From Stegostoma tigrinum (Eukaryota): a stretch of DNA of 64,000 nucleotides. The DNA is taken from positions 20,270,678 through 20,334,677 of the forward strand of contig NC_081387.1 of assembly GCF_030684315.1 (NCBI RefSeq), given 5' to 3'. The position numbers and the translations under genes were made by a program. The notes under the pieces were generated by a model. The model was not told where the DNA came from, searched no databases, and worked only from the letters and a program-made list of their open reading frames with translations. Shown here in pieces: positions 13,391-26,621 of the stretch; within the stretch, counting starts at the first letter, position 1, and each line of letters starts with the position of its first letter.

Positions 13391-16300
13391 TTCTTGGAGA
13401 TTGTTAGGACTGCAGATGCTGGATTCTAGAGTCTGGAGAAGGACTGCAAGTCAGACAGCAGCCGAGGACCAAGGAAGTCAACGTTTTGGGCTGAAATCTG
13501 ACGAAACATTTAGCTTCCAGCATCTGTCGTCCTTAATTTCTCGAAGTCATTGAAAACCATAGAATGAAGTCTCTTCTAAGGATGTCCACCTTGAAGAGCT
13601 TTTCCTCCTCCTTCCAAAGAGAGCTCAGTGAGTCTCTTTCCCACCGCACCCCTCCCCCAACTCGCGTTATCTCCCCTGTCCATGCCTGACGAACAGTTTC
13701 GACCTGAAACGTTGACCTCCCTGCTCCTTAGATACTGTCTGACCTGCTGTGCTTTTCCAGACCAACATTTAGTGCATCATTTCTTGTTGGACTGAGCACA
13801 AACTGGTTTACGAAGTTCTTCTGAACACAGTCGAGGAATATTTGCTACTTGTTGCCCCTTACATTAATAATCCTTGTCTAAATTTGGATAATCAAAGTCC
13901 CCCAGAATAGCTACTCTATAATACTTGCATGTCTCAACAAATTTCCTGAGGATGTTTTCCTTGACAGCCTTCTCATTCGTTGATGGTCTATAGACTAAAT
14001 TGAATAATATAATTGCACCCTTTTTGTTCATTAAAAACAATATTCAATCATTGAATGTTGGCATTATAAGCATTTATTCTCCATCGCTTAATTGTCCTTC
14101 TATAGAGCTAATGGTTTTCCTAGGCTGTTTCAGAGGCAGTTAACCATCACCCACATTGCTGTGGATTTAGAGTCACAGGAGGTTAGACCAGGTAAGGATA
14201 GTAGCTTTCCTTCCCGAAAGCACCCAGTGAACCAGATGGGTCTTGCTTTGGCAATTGACAATGGATTACTGGTCATTACTAGACTTTTAATTGCAGTTTT
14301 TAAAATTGAACTTAAATTCAAATTGCTATGTTGAGGTTTGAACCTGAAACCCAAACAACATGGCTTTTAGTTTTATGGATTGTGAGTCGTGATACTTCTA
14401 GTTGGCCAATGTCTCCCCAGTGTACACGTTCGTAAACTAAGTCAGTTGTTGACCAGAGATTCTAAGATATTTTCTTTCTCCAGTACAGCAAGCATTCCTT
14501 AATAAATACTGCCTTTCTTCTTTTCATACCTTTTCTGAATACATTGTGGCAAGTTTTATAAAACACATAGATTGCCCATCTTTTAGCCAAGTATCTGTTA
14601 TTGCCACGTAATAATTGTGCATTGTAATCTGAATCTTTGACTTTCCAACCTCATTACCGATATAGTGTGCATTCACATTGAAGCCCAGAAACCATAATTG
14701 AGCATTAATTACTTATTGTCTTATTCTGAATTCACAATTTAATCTGTATTCCGAAGCATATTGTAAAGCCCGGTATTCTTCCCTAATGCTTTTTTTAAAA
14801 TTCCTATCCGCATACCAAATTGGCAACTGCAAATGATGTTGCACGAATTCAGTGCACTCTGATGTGGTGCAACCTGTCTTTGTTGTATACATACCATCGT
14901 CCCCAGAGCTAATCTCTGTTTCCCTGGAATCTGAAATCTTCCCTTCTGCACGATTATGGCAGCCCGCTTACTTATTTTCTACTTACAGTACTTCCTAGTT
15001 TTTGGGTGCATCCTCGTTAACACATTCCTGTTTCCATCCAAATAATTAGTACCAACGTCGAACACGACCTTTTGTCTGTTCACGCTTCCTGGATGAAATT
15101 CCCTGCATTCACTTTATAAAAGGTACCATCAAGGAGACAGCTTTCATCCTGGAGACATTTCTACGGCCATAGAAATGTTTGGTCCATTGAGTAGTGGATT
15201 GCTCCTCCATTCTTCTTCCCACCCTCCCAAGTTCCTCCTCTCCCCCACTCCCCTCTACAGGTGACCTGCTGGTCGTTCCACAAACTGCCTCTGATTGCGT
15301 TCCTGAGTCGAACAAGTGACGTAATCAGCTTCCAAATCGAGGAAAGGAAACAAATTGCCGACGTGACACCAAGGCAGTGATGCGCTCCCTGCACGTTTCT
15401 CCTGAATTTCTCGTCAGTCATCCATCTCCGTTCTACCTCTATGTGCCTGATCATTTAACCACTCTTTTAAAAGATTATGAGGGGAAAGCGGAGGCTTCGC
15501 TGGATGCTTCGGGGATAATTATGAGAATGGAACCTCCAGCCCCGTCATACAGACTGGGGATTGTGTTTTTGTTTCATTATCAAAGGGGTTCGACTGCTCC
15601 CCGTCCGTTACATAGTGGTTTGATAACTGAGCTCCTTTCTAGTGTAAACAATGCCTCCTACAGGCAGGAGATTTCAGATTATTGAGAGAACTGCCACTCT
15701 CAGGCAACTGTCTGTTTAACTAAGTTATCTTTACGCATCTAGAGGCTGTTATTTTTAGGTCAGGTTCTGGTTTTTACGATAAAAGTGAACTGAGAAAAAT
15801 TTACCATTTCAGTCCCCTCTTTGAGCCAAATTTCTAGATCTATCCTCCGCTGTGTCATTCAAGCTAACTGTCACTCGTTGTTGTCATGGTCCCTTACTAT
15901 ACTAAACATGATAGTTTCCTATCTCGCTATATGTACTACTGTGCATAGTTTTAATCATTTTTTAAAAGAAGGATATAATAATGTTGGAAACTGTTCAATG
16001 AAGAATAATTGGATACATATCTGAAATGACCATGTTATCTCATGAGGAAAGTTTCCTTGTCTTTTATCCGATGGAGTTTTGAACACTAAGTAGTGACTTG
16101 ATTGAAACTTCCATGACCCTAAGGGACCTTGACAGGGCAGACGTGTAGAGAACGCTTCGTCTTAAGGGAGAAGCTGGGACTAGGCATCCCCTGTAGAAAT
16201 CAGCATTGCTCACTTAAAACATAGTTGAAGTTTTTTTTTCTCTACTATGAGACTTTCCATGTTCCTCTTCAGAGATCTGAGGAAGAAAAATTCTTGAGTG

Positions 16301-17182
16301 TTTTCAAGGCAGTGATCGATAGATTTTTGTTAACGAAGGGGTAGAAAGTTGTCTGTGGTGAAACGAAGCGTGGATTTCAGTTACAATGAGATCAGACATG
16401 AACTTATTGAATGACAGAGAAATCTCGAGGACCCGAGTGTCCTCCACCTGCTCCTAATTCCTATGTACATGTGTACGTTTTGATTATGTTTCAGTTCCTT
16501 TGAGTCTCAGAAAATGATTGTTCGGTTTGACTGATTAAGCAGATGCACATCTAATTTCCCTGCTTACAGTGGTCCAGTGATGTGTGCTGCACTGAAAACC
16601 ACATAATGTGGACTTATTTTAAGGGGCTCTGCTGGATATGATTATTTACATGTTACCAGCAGAGGCAGTATGAAACAATTCCCAACATATCTTGAACAAT
16701 AAACTGAATTTTAGACCTTTCGAATTCGATGGTTTGCAAACTCCTGTGCAAAGCTCTAAGATGCCCGTAAACGAGGGCAAATGCAATTCTATTTAACAGC
16801 GCCGGGCTCCACAATCTCTACATTTTAATTCAAGTTTAAGCAGTGACATTCAATATTTTCAAAAACTTTTTTTAAACAAATTATCAACGTAGCTGAAGTC
16901 TAAGTATTCAGGTGAAGGCGCAATATTACTCTAAATCGATTACAATGAGCTTCCGCCACCACACCCGCCACCCCTCCCCCCCCCCCCCCCCCACCCACAG
17001 AGCTAACAGCGTTGAGGGGATATAATTGACTTTGAAATACTTAATTTCTGATTTTTACATTTTGTACAAGGGCTTATTATGTATATTAGTTCATTAAGTC
17101 ACTGGGGGGAAATATGTCCAGTTGAAAAATATCCAGTCAGTTAAGTTCATAGAACAAATTGATCGATTTGTAAGTAAAAGGG

Positions 17183-17585
17183 AAAATCACCATAACCGCA
17201 CAGGACTGTTCTCTCATTAGAGAGAATTGCCTAGTGGTAAGTTTAACATGAGGGTCTTCATGCATCAGGCGAGAGATGAGGTTGAGAAGGCGGGACATTC
17301 GCGGGTACCTTGGCCATTGAACTCATTGACACAATTACTGCCACGCTGCGCAGTGAAGCTAATCGTTCAGTATTCTGCTGTCTTAGTTGGCTGGATGGCG
17401 GATTTGAGATGCAGACTGACTTCACAGCGTTATGCAATTCTCATACAGGCCGAGGTCACCATAATGGTCTAGGCTTTCCCGGCCATACCCGTTGCCTGAG
17501 GCGTAATTACCGCCAAGTTAAACTCACCACTGATCATCTCTCTCAAATTCAGGAGCGTGACTTTGGTGACGATTCTATTGCAATG
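17183..17585. mobile_element. Head-to-head pair of a third SINE family
   Basis: gagagaattgcctagtggtaagtttaacatgaggg...caggcgag (17221-17272) is the approximate reverse complement of ttgcctgaggcg...gttaaactcaccactgatcatctctctc (17492-17544). Confidence 0.55.
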
Positions 17586-20287
17586 GTTAAAAACCCACAC
17601 TCAAATACACAGTGAAATCTGTTTCTATAATCGACCTGAAAGTACAACATGAAATGATTATTCATTTTGCACTGACCAGACTTCCCCAGAAACTAGTTTT
17701 ACATCCCTTTTAACATCTATTTGAAACTAATTCAAGTAAAGCAAAACTGTTGAGGGGATCTTTCATTTGTGCAGGTCAAAATCGACATTGTAAAACGCCA
17801 TCTGTAACAGCGATTTGCTCTTAACTATTTAAGAACTTTACATGGGAAGTCATAGGATATAGTGTACTGAGTCCTGCAATATTTTTGTGTTGCCACATAA
17901 CATGATTTACAAATAAGTCTCGGGTGCAGTATTTTGAAATAGCCCATGTATTGGTTGAAAAACAAGTTCAATGAGCAATGCTAGCAAACGGAAAGATAAT
18001 AGCAGGATAATAAGTTTGGTCTATGATTGCTGCATTTCTGTCTACTTCTTCATCGACAATTTGCACAATAAATGCTGAAGAGGGGTGCTAAAGTATTTTT
18101 GTTTTTTCAATTGGCTAAGCTGATTGACAAATGTATTGTTTGTCCAATCTGTTATTTGGCCTAACGTGAGAAAATTATCATTCACAGACACAGAGGCATG
18201 GTTTAAGATACGCAGCTCTGCTTCGAAGGATTAATTTAATATCATTTCAGCTTTTAATATTTACAGCTGCCAATGAAACTAGTTAAAGTGCAAAAAAGTG
18301 TTACTCATCGATCAAAAAGAAAACATTTATCAAAGTAATTTAGCAGCATCTTAATTGCAGCCATGAATTGATGATCTGTATATTCATAGATAGGGAATTA
18401 GTTTAATAAGCCGTCTGAATTGTAATGACTATCACATATTCGCAGAAGATTTCTTGTAGTATATCAGATAACCTTCTTGCTGTCGTGAGAAATAAGGAAC
18501 AGGGAAGTGCTCATATTGCTGTAAAGGTGCTCAAATGCAGCCATCAGTCATAGTTACAAAGGAGGTTGAAATAAGTGAGGAACTTGGTAAACATTTAATC
18601 AGTCGGCAAGTGATACTAAGCAAACCGATGTAGTTCCGTGTTGATGTTTTCGGGATCTGATGGAATTCATGCGAGCATTTTAAAAGAGTTGGACAATGGC
18701 GTGGTAGATGCGTTGGTTTTAACTCCAAATTCGTTAGATTTTGGAAAATTGATGGAGGTGGTGTCTTTTATTAATTTTAAGATGGAAGCAGGTAGAATCC
18801 TGTTAGGCAAGACATCAAAAGCTCTCAAGAATATTCAGGAATGGGCATTTAGTATTCGGAGCAGCAATGGTTTGAATGTCGGAGCAGTCTTGAAAACCGA
18901 ATGGCCTACTTCCTCTCTTAATTGTTACGTTGTTATGTTCATATTCTAGGCTCAGCACGGCAAAACAATAATAAGTAAGACTTTTTTGTACAATAACTTC
19001 GTGTTAAGGCATTGCAAAAGAAAGCAAATTCGCAGCATTGTCCACATCCCAGGAGCAAATTCAAACGTTATTAGAAAGTAATGTGCAACTGAGATGTCAC
19101 TGATTCTGCACTTTTTGGTGATCACTTCGCTCTTTCTTTCAAATTAAACACTAAGGTAGTTTCCTTCGAAACCGCAGAGTTTGAGCCTTTACAGTAGCAG
19201 TTGCCACTAATACTGATCACTTAAAGAACAATATATGTCTTCAAATTCTCTACAGATACAATATTATAATATGGCCCAAGTAAATGTCAGCATCTATATT
19301 TTGCTGAGTATCAACGTACTTTACGATTGCGTATATTTTGCACTATGGCCAAAACTGGACGATGAGAATCCCGTTAAATGTAATAGCTTAGATCATAAAA
19401 CATAGTGGAAATCTATAAAGTAATTACTGTAAAACATGTAGTTACTTTCGACGGTGCTATTGAGTCTTAACTACTGGATAGCTAGACAGGGACTTTGCTT
19501 TTGTCTTGTTCCTGACATCTGAATTTCTGATTTTCACCGCGAAGGCTCAAAGTGGAGAAACATTTCAAAGCCCAGCTTCAACAGTCTAGAACGAGCAAAG
19601 AACGAAGAGGGACAATAAAAATACAAAACACTGGAACGTTTCTCACTGAAGCAAACTCCGTCATTGTGTTACGCAATAGAACCGCAGTTCGAAATCCAGA
19701 GATACAGACAGAGCGCTTGGTAAATTGCATTAGACAAATTTCTATCAAATGTCCTGGAAGGATACAAAATATTAGCCAAGCACTAACACTGATAAATGTT
19801 TGACTTGTGCGTTTAGGGAGGCTTTTCTGGTATTCGTGCCATTGATGTTACATGCCACTTGTCACCACCCATCCAGCTCCTAACTTTCCTTGGTGTAAAA
19901 CTGGACAAAACTGAATAGCACGTGTTTTTTTCCCACTAGGCAATAGATCAAACTTAAAATGAGTATGTGGGGCATGGCAGAATAAACATACCCGCATTTT
20001 TCAATGAGCTGGTTTAATTACTTCAAGAACACAAAGTGCTATATTTTAATGGTAACAGACATAAAGGTGCACAGAGGAAACGATAACACAGTATAAATTG
20101 TGTTAGTACATGCTATGTTTTTGTTCCCATTTGATAATTAGAATTGTTTCATTCATAATTTGATCTTATAGTACAAATGTCAAAAAACCATATGGTACAC
20201 CAATCGATGAAGTTTCACCATTACTCGTGGGATATTCGATGGTTGGATCAACTCTTCTCCCTCTGCAGCAGATCCAATTTGAAATCC

Positions 20288-20415
20288 TCAAGACTCACTG
20301 AAATATGCGAGAGAAATTGTGATAATGATGCAGGCAGAAAACACAGCAAGTTTCAGTGTAATCAGAATCATCTGCCAAAGCAGAGACCTTCTGCTGCTGA
20401 CGAGTGGCTGTCTGC
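20288..20415 (-). CDS. Gene B stalk/transmembrane exon with intramembrane Lys
   Basis: Acceptor tttgttttccatag; in phase 1 it encodes RQPLVSSRRSLLWQMILITLKLAVFSACIIITISLAYF. An internal donor A|gtgagt at 20298 is an alternative to read-through SES*. Confidence 0.85.
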
Positions 20416-21647
20416 CTATGGAAAACAAAAAAAAATCAAATTCAGCACTTATTTTCCAAGTTTCATTGTTACAATTCAATGCAATGCTCACTCAGCTTGA
20501 CACCAATATCCTTACACATTCCATTATTCATTGGTCTTAAGCCCTCACATTTACTTTCGCTCTTGGCTATCAATAATGGATATTTCTCCAGCTCCAGACC
20601 CCCAGCGTCCCCCGGCCCCCACTACCAGCACTACTAGTCTCTTCTGGTGCGTTGGTAGAGTTTCTATCTTTTGGCTGAAAGAACTAGATTCAATGCCTAC
20701 CTGTCCCAGATGTGTGTCATGACATGTTCAAGTAAGTTAATTAAAGTCACTATAATGGCATTAGAAGTATATTTTTGTGGCATTTATCATTGAATATGTC
20801 GGCTGAGCTCCTGTTGCATTTTGTATAAAGCAGTTGCGTGCCTCATACCTTGCAAGTTTTCATTCACCTGTTTGAAGTCATGATGTGTAACAGTAAATTA
20901 TTCCATGAAATACAACAGTTTGCAAGGCAGCCACCCCATATATTGAGCTGAACTGAAAGCGTTTTCTGAAGTGAGATATGGGCCACGACAACAATTAATT
21001 CTCTTTGTCTATCTATCTGGATATCTAACTCATCCAGCTCGAAATCTATCAGGTCTTCCTAATTTTAGACCCATCATGCATTCGTCCAACACATTCATTA
21101 TTGCTCTCATTCCCTTCGAGTAAACTTACATTTAACTGTTAACCTTGTTCCTGGTCCAAACTCCTCCTCAAAGGACAATATTACCTGACAGTAATACATG
21201 CCCGAATCATCTTGTTTCAGATTCGTAATCGTGATGGAAGCATTTCGATTGGTTCTGAAAGAGAGCCTGTCTACCTGGATTATCCTACCCAAGAATTTTT
21301 CAGACTTATTGGCTACTTTGGTATCTACTGTTCCATTTTTAATGTCTTTGTGCCACGAGAAAGCTCCAACCAGTTGATCATGAGGTGAATTATAAGTGCA
21401 GAGAAAGTGAGCTGTTTCTCCCTCTGTAGCTTCAATGTAGAGAGGTTCTTGATGCACTTGGAATTTACTTGCGTCTGTGGCTGTAAGGTAAATTTCAATA
21501 GCTAAGATGTGGTATTATTTTTTATTTTATCATATGCTTCTGCAGCTACTTAAATTTGCTCTTCCATACAGTAACTACATGTAGAAAGAAAATGAACAAC
21601 TCACTCAACAATAGTATCGAAGCCCAGAGTAGTCTAATGGGGTTCAT
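20288..21647 (-). CDS. NCR3: Gene B: NKp30/NCR3-like activating-type single-V receptor. Exons 21647-21605 (leader), 21480-21130 (V), 20415-20288 (stalk/TM); 173 aa if the TM exon reads through to its TGA
   Basis: Phase-1 GT-AG joins give MNPIRLLWASILLLTTDASKFQVHQEP...FLCTYN...GAFSWHK...DDSGMYYCQVILSFEEEFGPGTRLTVKCRQPLVSSRRSLLWQMILITLKLAVFSACIIITISLAYFSES*. The V domain aligns by eye with human NKp30, and the TM has a basic residue as NKp30 does. Family-level call; one-to-one orthology not proven. Confidence 0.8.
21130..21480 (-). CDS. Gene B Ig V-set exon with germline-joined J-like strand
   Basis: Canonical C..W..DSGxYYC and FGPGTRLTV; acceptor ttacag, donor T|gtaagt; 351 nt, phase 1-1. Confidence 0.95.
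21605..21647 (-). CDS. Gene B leader exon (MNPIRLLWASILLL)
   Basis: ATG at 21647, hydrophobic core, strong donor A|gtgagt, phase 1, 124-nt intron to the V exon acceptor (ccttacag). Confidence 0.85.
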
Positions 21648-22019
21648 TGCTTCTCAGTGATCTAGAAATTACAAAAGTATTTTGAAAATCCTACATTCAA
21701 ATCGTGATATTTAATGGGAAATTCAAAGAACAGTGTTGAAAAAATAAAGCTCTCCAATGATACCGACATACTTCCTATCTCTACATTGACACCTTCTTAT
21801 GTTCTTAAGAGCACCTTGATACCAAACCAGTAAAATTCCCTTACGTTCCTAATTCTGAAGAAGTTTGTCAGCATGTTAAGTATCCTACTAGCAAGAATGT
21901 TAAAACTTGTTTCATATGCAGAATACAACCATGTTTGCTCCTGTGATTGTTTAATTTGAAACTAAGGTTTTAGAAGGAATCTCCGAGGAATACGTTCAAT
22001 AAAACAATCATGATGAACC

Positions 22020-22318
22020 CATGGTTCCGTGGTTAGCACTGCTGCCTCGCCGCATCAGGAATCCAGGTTTGACTCCACCCCAGGGCGACTGTCTGTGTGC
22101 AGTTTTCACATTCTCCCCAAGCGTATGTGGGTTTCCTCTGGGTGCCCTGTTTTCCTCTCACAGTCCAAAGATCCACAGTGCAGGTTAGGTGGATTAGCTG
22201 TGGGAAATGCAGGCTTACAGGGAAGGGTAAGGGGAGATGAGTCTGGTTGGGGTGCACTTTGGAGCATTGGTGTGTGTATGTTGGACTGAATAGCCTGTTT
22301 CTACACTATAGAGATTCT
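22020..22318 (+). mobile_element. HE1-type (V-SINE) tRNA-derived SINE
   Basis: gtggttagcactgctgcctc...ctgtctgtgtg.agtt...gtgggtttcctc...cagtccaaagat; CR1-like tail. Confidence 0.85.
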
Positions 22319-22663
22319 GTTCTAAATAATTAAACCACTGCAGTTAATGGTTCATCATTCTAATAAGTAGGTTTGTAATAATTTGCTGAAGTGGCAAATA
22401 ACTAATTAAGTGTACATGCTCAATTGCATTTAGAAGCAGTTCAATGAATCAAGTGTTTCGATTGGGTACTAGAAAGAAGACGAACAATGATTTTCTCCCT
22501 TAAAGTGCCACTGTATAAAATCATAGATAACAGAAGGAGGTCAGTTAGCCAATGGAGCATGGCCTATTCCTACCATCAATTTTACTCCTCAGCTACAGTA
22601 TAAACTACTCTCACAGTTACCTAAACCATGGTTTAACCTGAACCAAAATATCCTTTGATATCA

Positions 22664-22823
22664 GAGATAATGGGAACTGCAGATGCTGGAGAATTCCAAG
22701 ATAATAAAATGTGAGGCTGGATGAACACAGCAGGTCTGATGAAGGGTCTAGGCCCGAAACGTCAGCTTTTGTGCTCCTGAGATGCTGCTTGGCCTGCTGT
22801 GTTCATCCAGCCTCACATTTTAT
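22664..22823. mobile_element. 160-bp Penelope pLTR-derived hairpin insertion with 15-bp target-site duplication
   Basis: tatcctttgatatca at 22649-22663 and 22824-22838; 35-bp perfect inverted repeat 22700-22734 / 22793-22827. Confidence 0.9.
22736..22766 (+). ncRNA. Minimal type I hammerhead ribozyme motif (Penelope-associated)
   Basis: CTGATGA - stem II (gggtc tag gccc) - GAAAC GTC; PLE pLTRs are known to carry minimal hammerheads. Activity untested. Confidence 0.7.
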
Positions 22824-25800
22824 TATCCTTTGATATCATTTACTACATTTTCATGTTAGGTGCCATCAAGGGTTGTTTGAGAGACCAGATGAAGACAAAG
22901 ACCTCACCTATGTTTTTTTAAAAATAACTTTGATATCATTGTTTAGAAAGCAAAAGTTGAGGTTTATTTCGAAGGAGTTCAAAAGATGCTCACTCAATTC
23001 ATCCCTGGGATGAAGGTATTGTTTTATGATGACGCATAGAAGTGGCTATGCCTATACCCAATGGAAATTGGAAGAATGGGAAGTCATATTATCAAAATAT
23101 GTAAGGCTTGTTGGGACCGAATAGGGTGACTAATTGGGAGGATACCACTTGTGGAGGACTTTAATAATAGGGCACATGGTTTACAGTTAAGAGGTTTCCT
23201 TATTCCTTTAGGTAATGAAGACATTGCTATCCGGGTCAATATTTATTTACCACTCTTAATTGCCATTGAGAAGATGGTTGTCTTCTTGAACTGCTGCATC
23301 CCTAGGAGATTCACAAGTCTGCTAGAGATTGAGTTCCCAGATTTTAACCAAGCAACAGTGAAAGAACAGCAATTTAGTTCCAAGTCAAGATAGTGTGTGA
23401 ATTGGAGGGGAAATAATGGCTACCCATGTATCTACTTCCATTGTCTAACTCAGCATAAAGGCATCAGGGTTTGGAAGGTGCTATTGAAGGAGCCTAGGTG
23501 ACTGACTACAGTGCATCTGGTAGAGGGCAAAGACATCTGCCACTATGCACTGATAGTGAACAAAGTGTGAGTTCAAAGTTCTGAGGAAGGGTCGCCAGGT
23601 CCGAAACATTAACACTGCTTTTTCTTCACAGATGCTACCAGGCCTACTGAGCTTTTCCAGCAACTTCTCTTTTTGTACGTTCAAGGTAGTGGATGAGTGT
23701 ATCAATCAATTGGGCTTTATCTAAAATGCTGGGGAACATATTCTCTCGCAAACTTGTTCAGAGTGGAATAATTTTCCCTGGAATGCAATGGGTACTTAGA
23801 TTTATTCAAGGTTGAAGTAGTAGATTTTTAGTCAAAGGTTATAATGTGCTCACAGAAAAGTGGAAGCCAGACTTCAACAAGATCAGCCATGATGCTAAAG
23901 ATGCTTCTGCTCCTAAGGCTACTGCTCCTATGTCCCTCTAATAGAACTACTCATCAGCCTGTTCGTCACTCCTTTTGCCTCAGATTATTCAGAAAGTTTG
24001 ATCAGGCGTGGTATTTCATTTCTGAACCAAAGTTGACTCTATTAAATAATTAGGAATGTATAACTGATCCTCACACTTGCCACTGATAATTGCTTCTATT
24101 ATCTTATTTAGAATGAATGAATAGTTGATGCATAATTAATGTATAGGCTCCTCCCCTGTGCCCACCACCGCCCACCTAACGATTTTCAGTCCTTTGTCGA
24201 TTTTCTGCTTCCACACTTGCAGCACTCATTTACGAAAGAATACATTTTCTCTCTGTGGATTTTCCTAAGTCTACTTAGCCCATCTAGAACGCCTATTGCA
24301 TACGTAATAAAATTTATTTTTATGTTTGAGGTAACTTTCCCTGGAGTGAATTTGCCACTCTGAAAATAAATGAAATAATATTGAAATATCCACTGGGATA
24401 TTGCATAATAATTTTTTCACCTATTGTTTCCGTAGAACATGATTTGTTTTAAAATGGATATGTTTCTTATAACGTTCATTTATCATGCAGTTTAATGTTT
24501 AAAAATACATTAACTTAATAATAGGAATTCCCGCCTAAGCAAACTTTTACCAGACTAACTCAACTGAACATAACTCACCACACTTACTTACATTTTGAAA
24601 AGTCGGAAGTAGAATAGGTAACTTTCTGCCTCAATTGTTTTCACTTATACCAACCATATCAGTTGAGATTTGAGACATGTAAATAATTACTGAACGATCA
24701 CGAACAAAATGGAATCCAACGCTGCAAAGGTATTAATAACATATAACTTCAATGGATACCTTGTCCGGAATGTTCTGTTTTCACTCCTCCGTTCTCTCTG
24801 CGTCCATTCCACCTTTGAACTATTACAGTGCAATTGTTGCCTTTGGATCACTTTCAAACCAATCACCTTCAGTGGAGTCAAATCAAAAGCTACAGAAAGT
24901 GGATGCAGTAGTCCTACAGGGAAATGTGAATCGCCTTTGTCAGTTGTTTGTAGAGCTGCAGGTTGTGGAGGCTGGGAGAAGCTTAGAAATGACTAGAACA
25001 ACATGAAATGTGGATCTGCATTTCGTGAAAACTAGCATGCAAATTATTCAACTGACAAATCATTGACGGGAATCTCTGACCTGAGAGTATGTATCACGAT
25101 GGGGAAGTTCCATATTTTGTTAAAGTACTGTGGTTAACTTTAAAAAGCTGGTTTTATTATTTAAAGAAAGATGTGTCTCCAGTTATGGGGAATGCGGTGG
25201 GCAAAGACGAGTCTAATATTTCCCCACACTGACAATGTGTACAAGTGCTAAAGGAAAATTGGTTTAAGTGCTTTCACATCTTTTGACACTAACTGGTATT
25301 AAAGCCCACTGTATTCGCTGCTGACAATGTAGTCTCCTCCATATTGGGGGAATGAGTGCAGAATGGAAGACCACATTGTAGAGCACATAGGTCCTGCCTG
25401 CTTCCAGTTCAGCACATCACCGTGTTCCCTGGCCATCATCTCCGTCTCGGACTTGTTGCGGTGCTCCAGCAAAGCTCAGCACAATCTGGAAGAAAAGCAC
25501 CCCATTTTCAGATTGCAACCTTCAGGATTCCTCATCAAGTTCAATAACTTTATTGTCTAAGCACTTTCTCCCACGTCCTTATCCCAACACCACACACCAT
25601 AACGTACGATTACATGGGCTGCTACCACAAACAATCTACTGTCATCTACTAATGGTTCCCATTAGCAGCTAGTCATTCTCCCAAGTTGACCTTCACCCAT
25701 TCCTTTGGCTGTCCAACCATCTTCTCTCTTCGTATCTCTACTTATTATCTACTCTTTTCCCGTTGCCCACTCTTTCCTTAGCACATATACCTACCTGCAT

Positions 25801-26621
25801 TTGCTGGTGTAATGGAGGCTACACATCAACCAATTCTCTGATATTAAAATGAGGTGTGAGGTGGATAAGCTGCTTTGATAATGTTAGGAGATGTGGTGGT
25901 GAAGTATGGTCTACTGGATTTGGGTGGGAGGGTGCGGAGTGGTGGGAGCTGCAGTGAACATTAATAATGAGCTCTTATCCCATGATTGGAGCTGGGGGTT
26001 TTAAATTCACTTTACAAATTTGGAATTGCAGAAATCTAACAATTATGTCCGTTGCACTGTATCAGTTGCACAGCAAAACTGATATGGTCCCCTAACAGTT
26101 GCAGCAAGATAGTTAATTCTTCAGTGTCCTCAGTAAAGGTTCATCAAGTGCAACCAGTGCTGGCCTTGTCCAAATCCCATAAAAGGATAATGAAGGTCAA
26201 TCTTTGAAATTGTGCTGAATTCTTTTTTGGTTCATCTGAACTAACTGATGGTGCTTCATTCCGAAGATGGCACATTTAACATTGCATCATACTGCAGCAT
26301 GAGCATCAGACAAGATTATATTCTCCAGTTGCTGGAGTGGAACTTTGACTCACAAACTTGTGATGCTGTAGAGCGATGACTGTGGACTGAGGCAGCACAA
26401 TAATTGTAGCGCAATTTGAATATAGGCAAATATCCATTTCTGAAGTTAAGAATGAGGCAAGTGAAAGTGAAGCATTCTATTGCTGGCAACAGGGGTGTTT
26501 TCTGAACTGGAAGGCTTGCAATTGGCCGTTCTTTCCAGACACATATATTTTAAAAGGCAGTAAAACAGTGGCAAAGAATAACACTAAATTTGTAGATTGG
26601 CAGAGTATTAAAATCCAGCAA

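Noticed and set aside
20560-20674. Hinge exon between gene B V and TM
   Set aside because: An acceptor exists but phase 1 hits TAG after three codons; no supporting donor.
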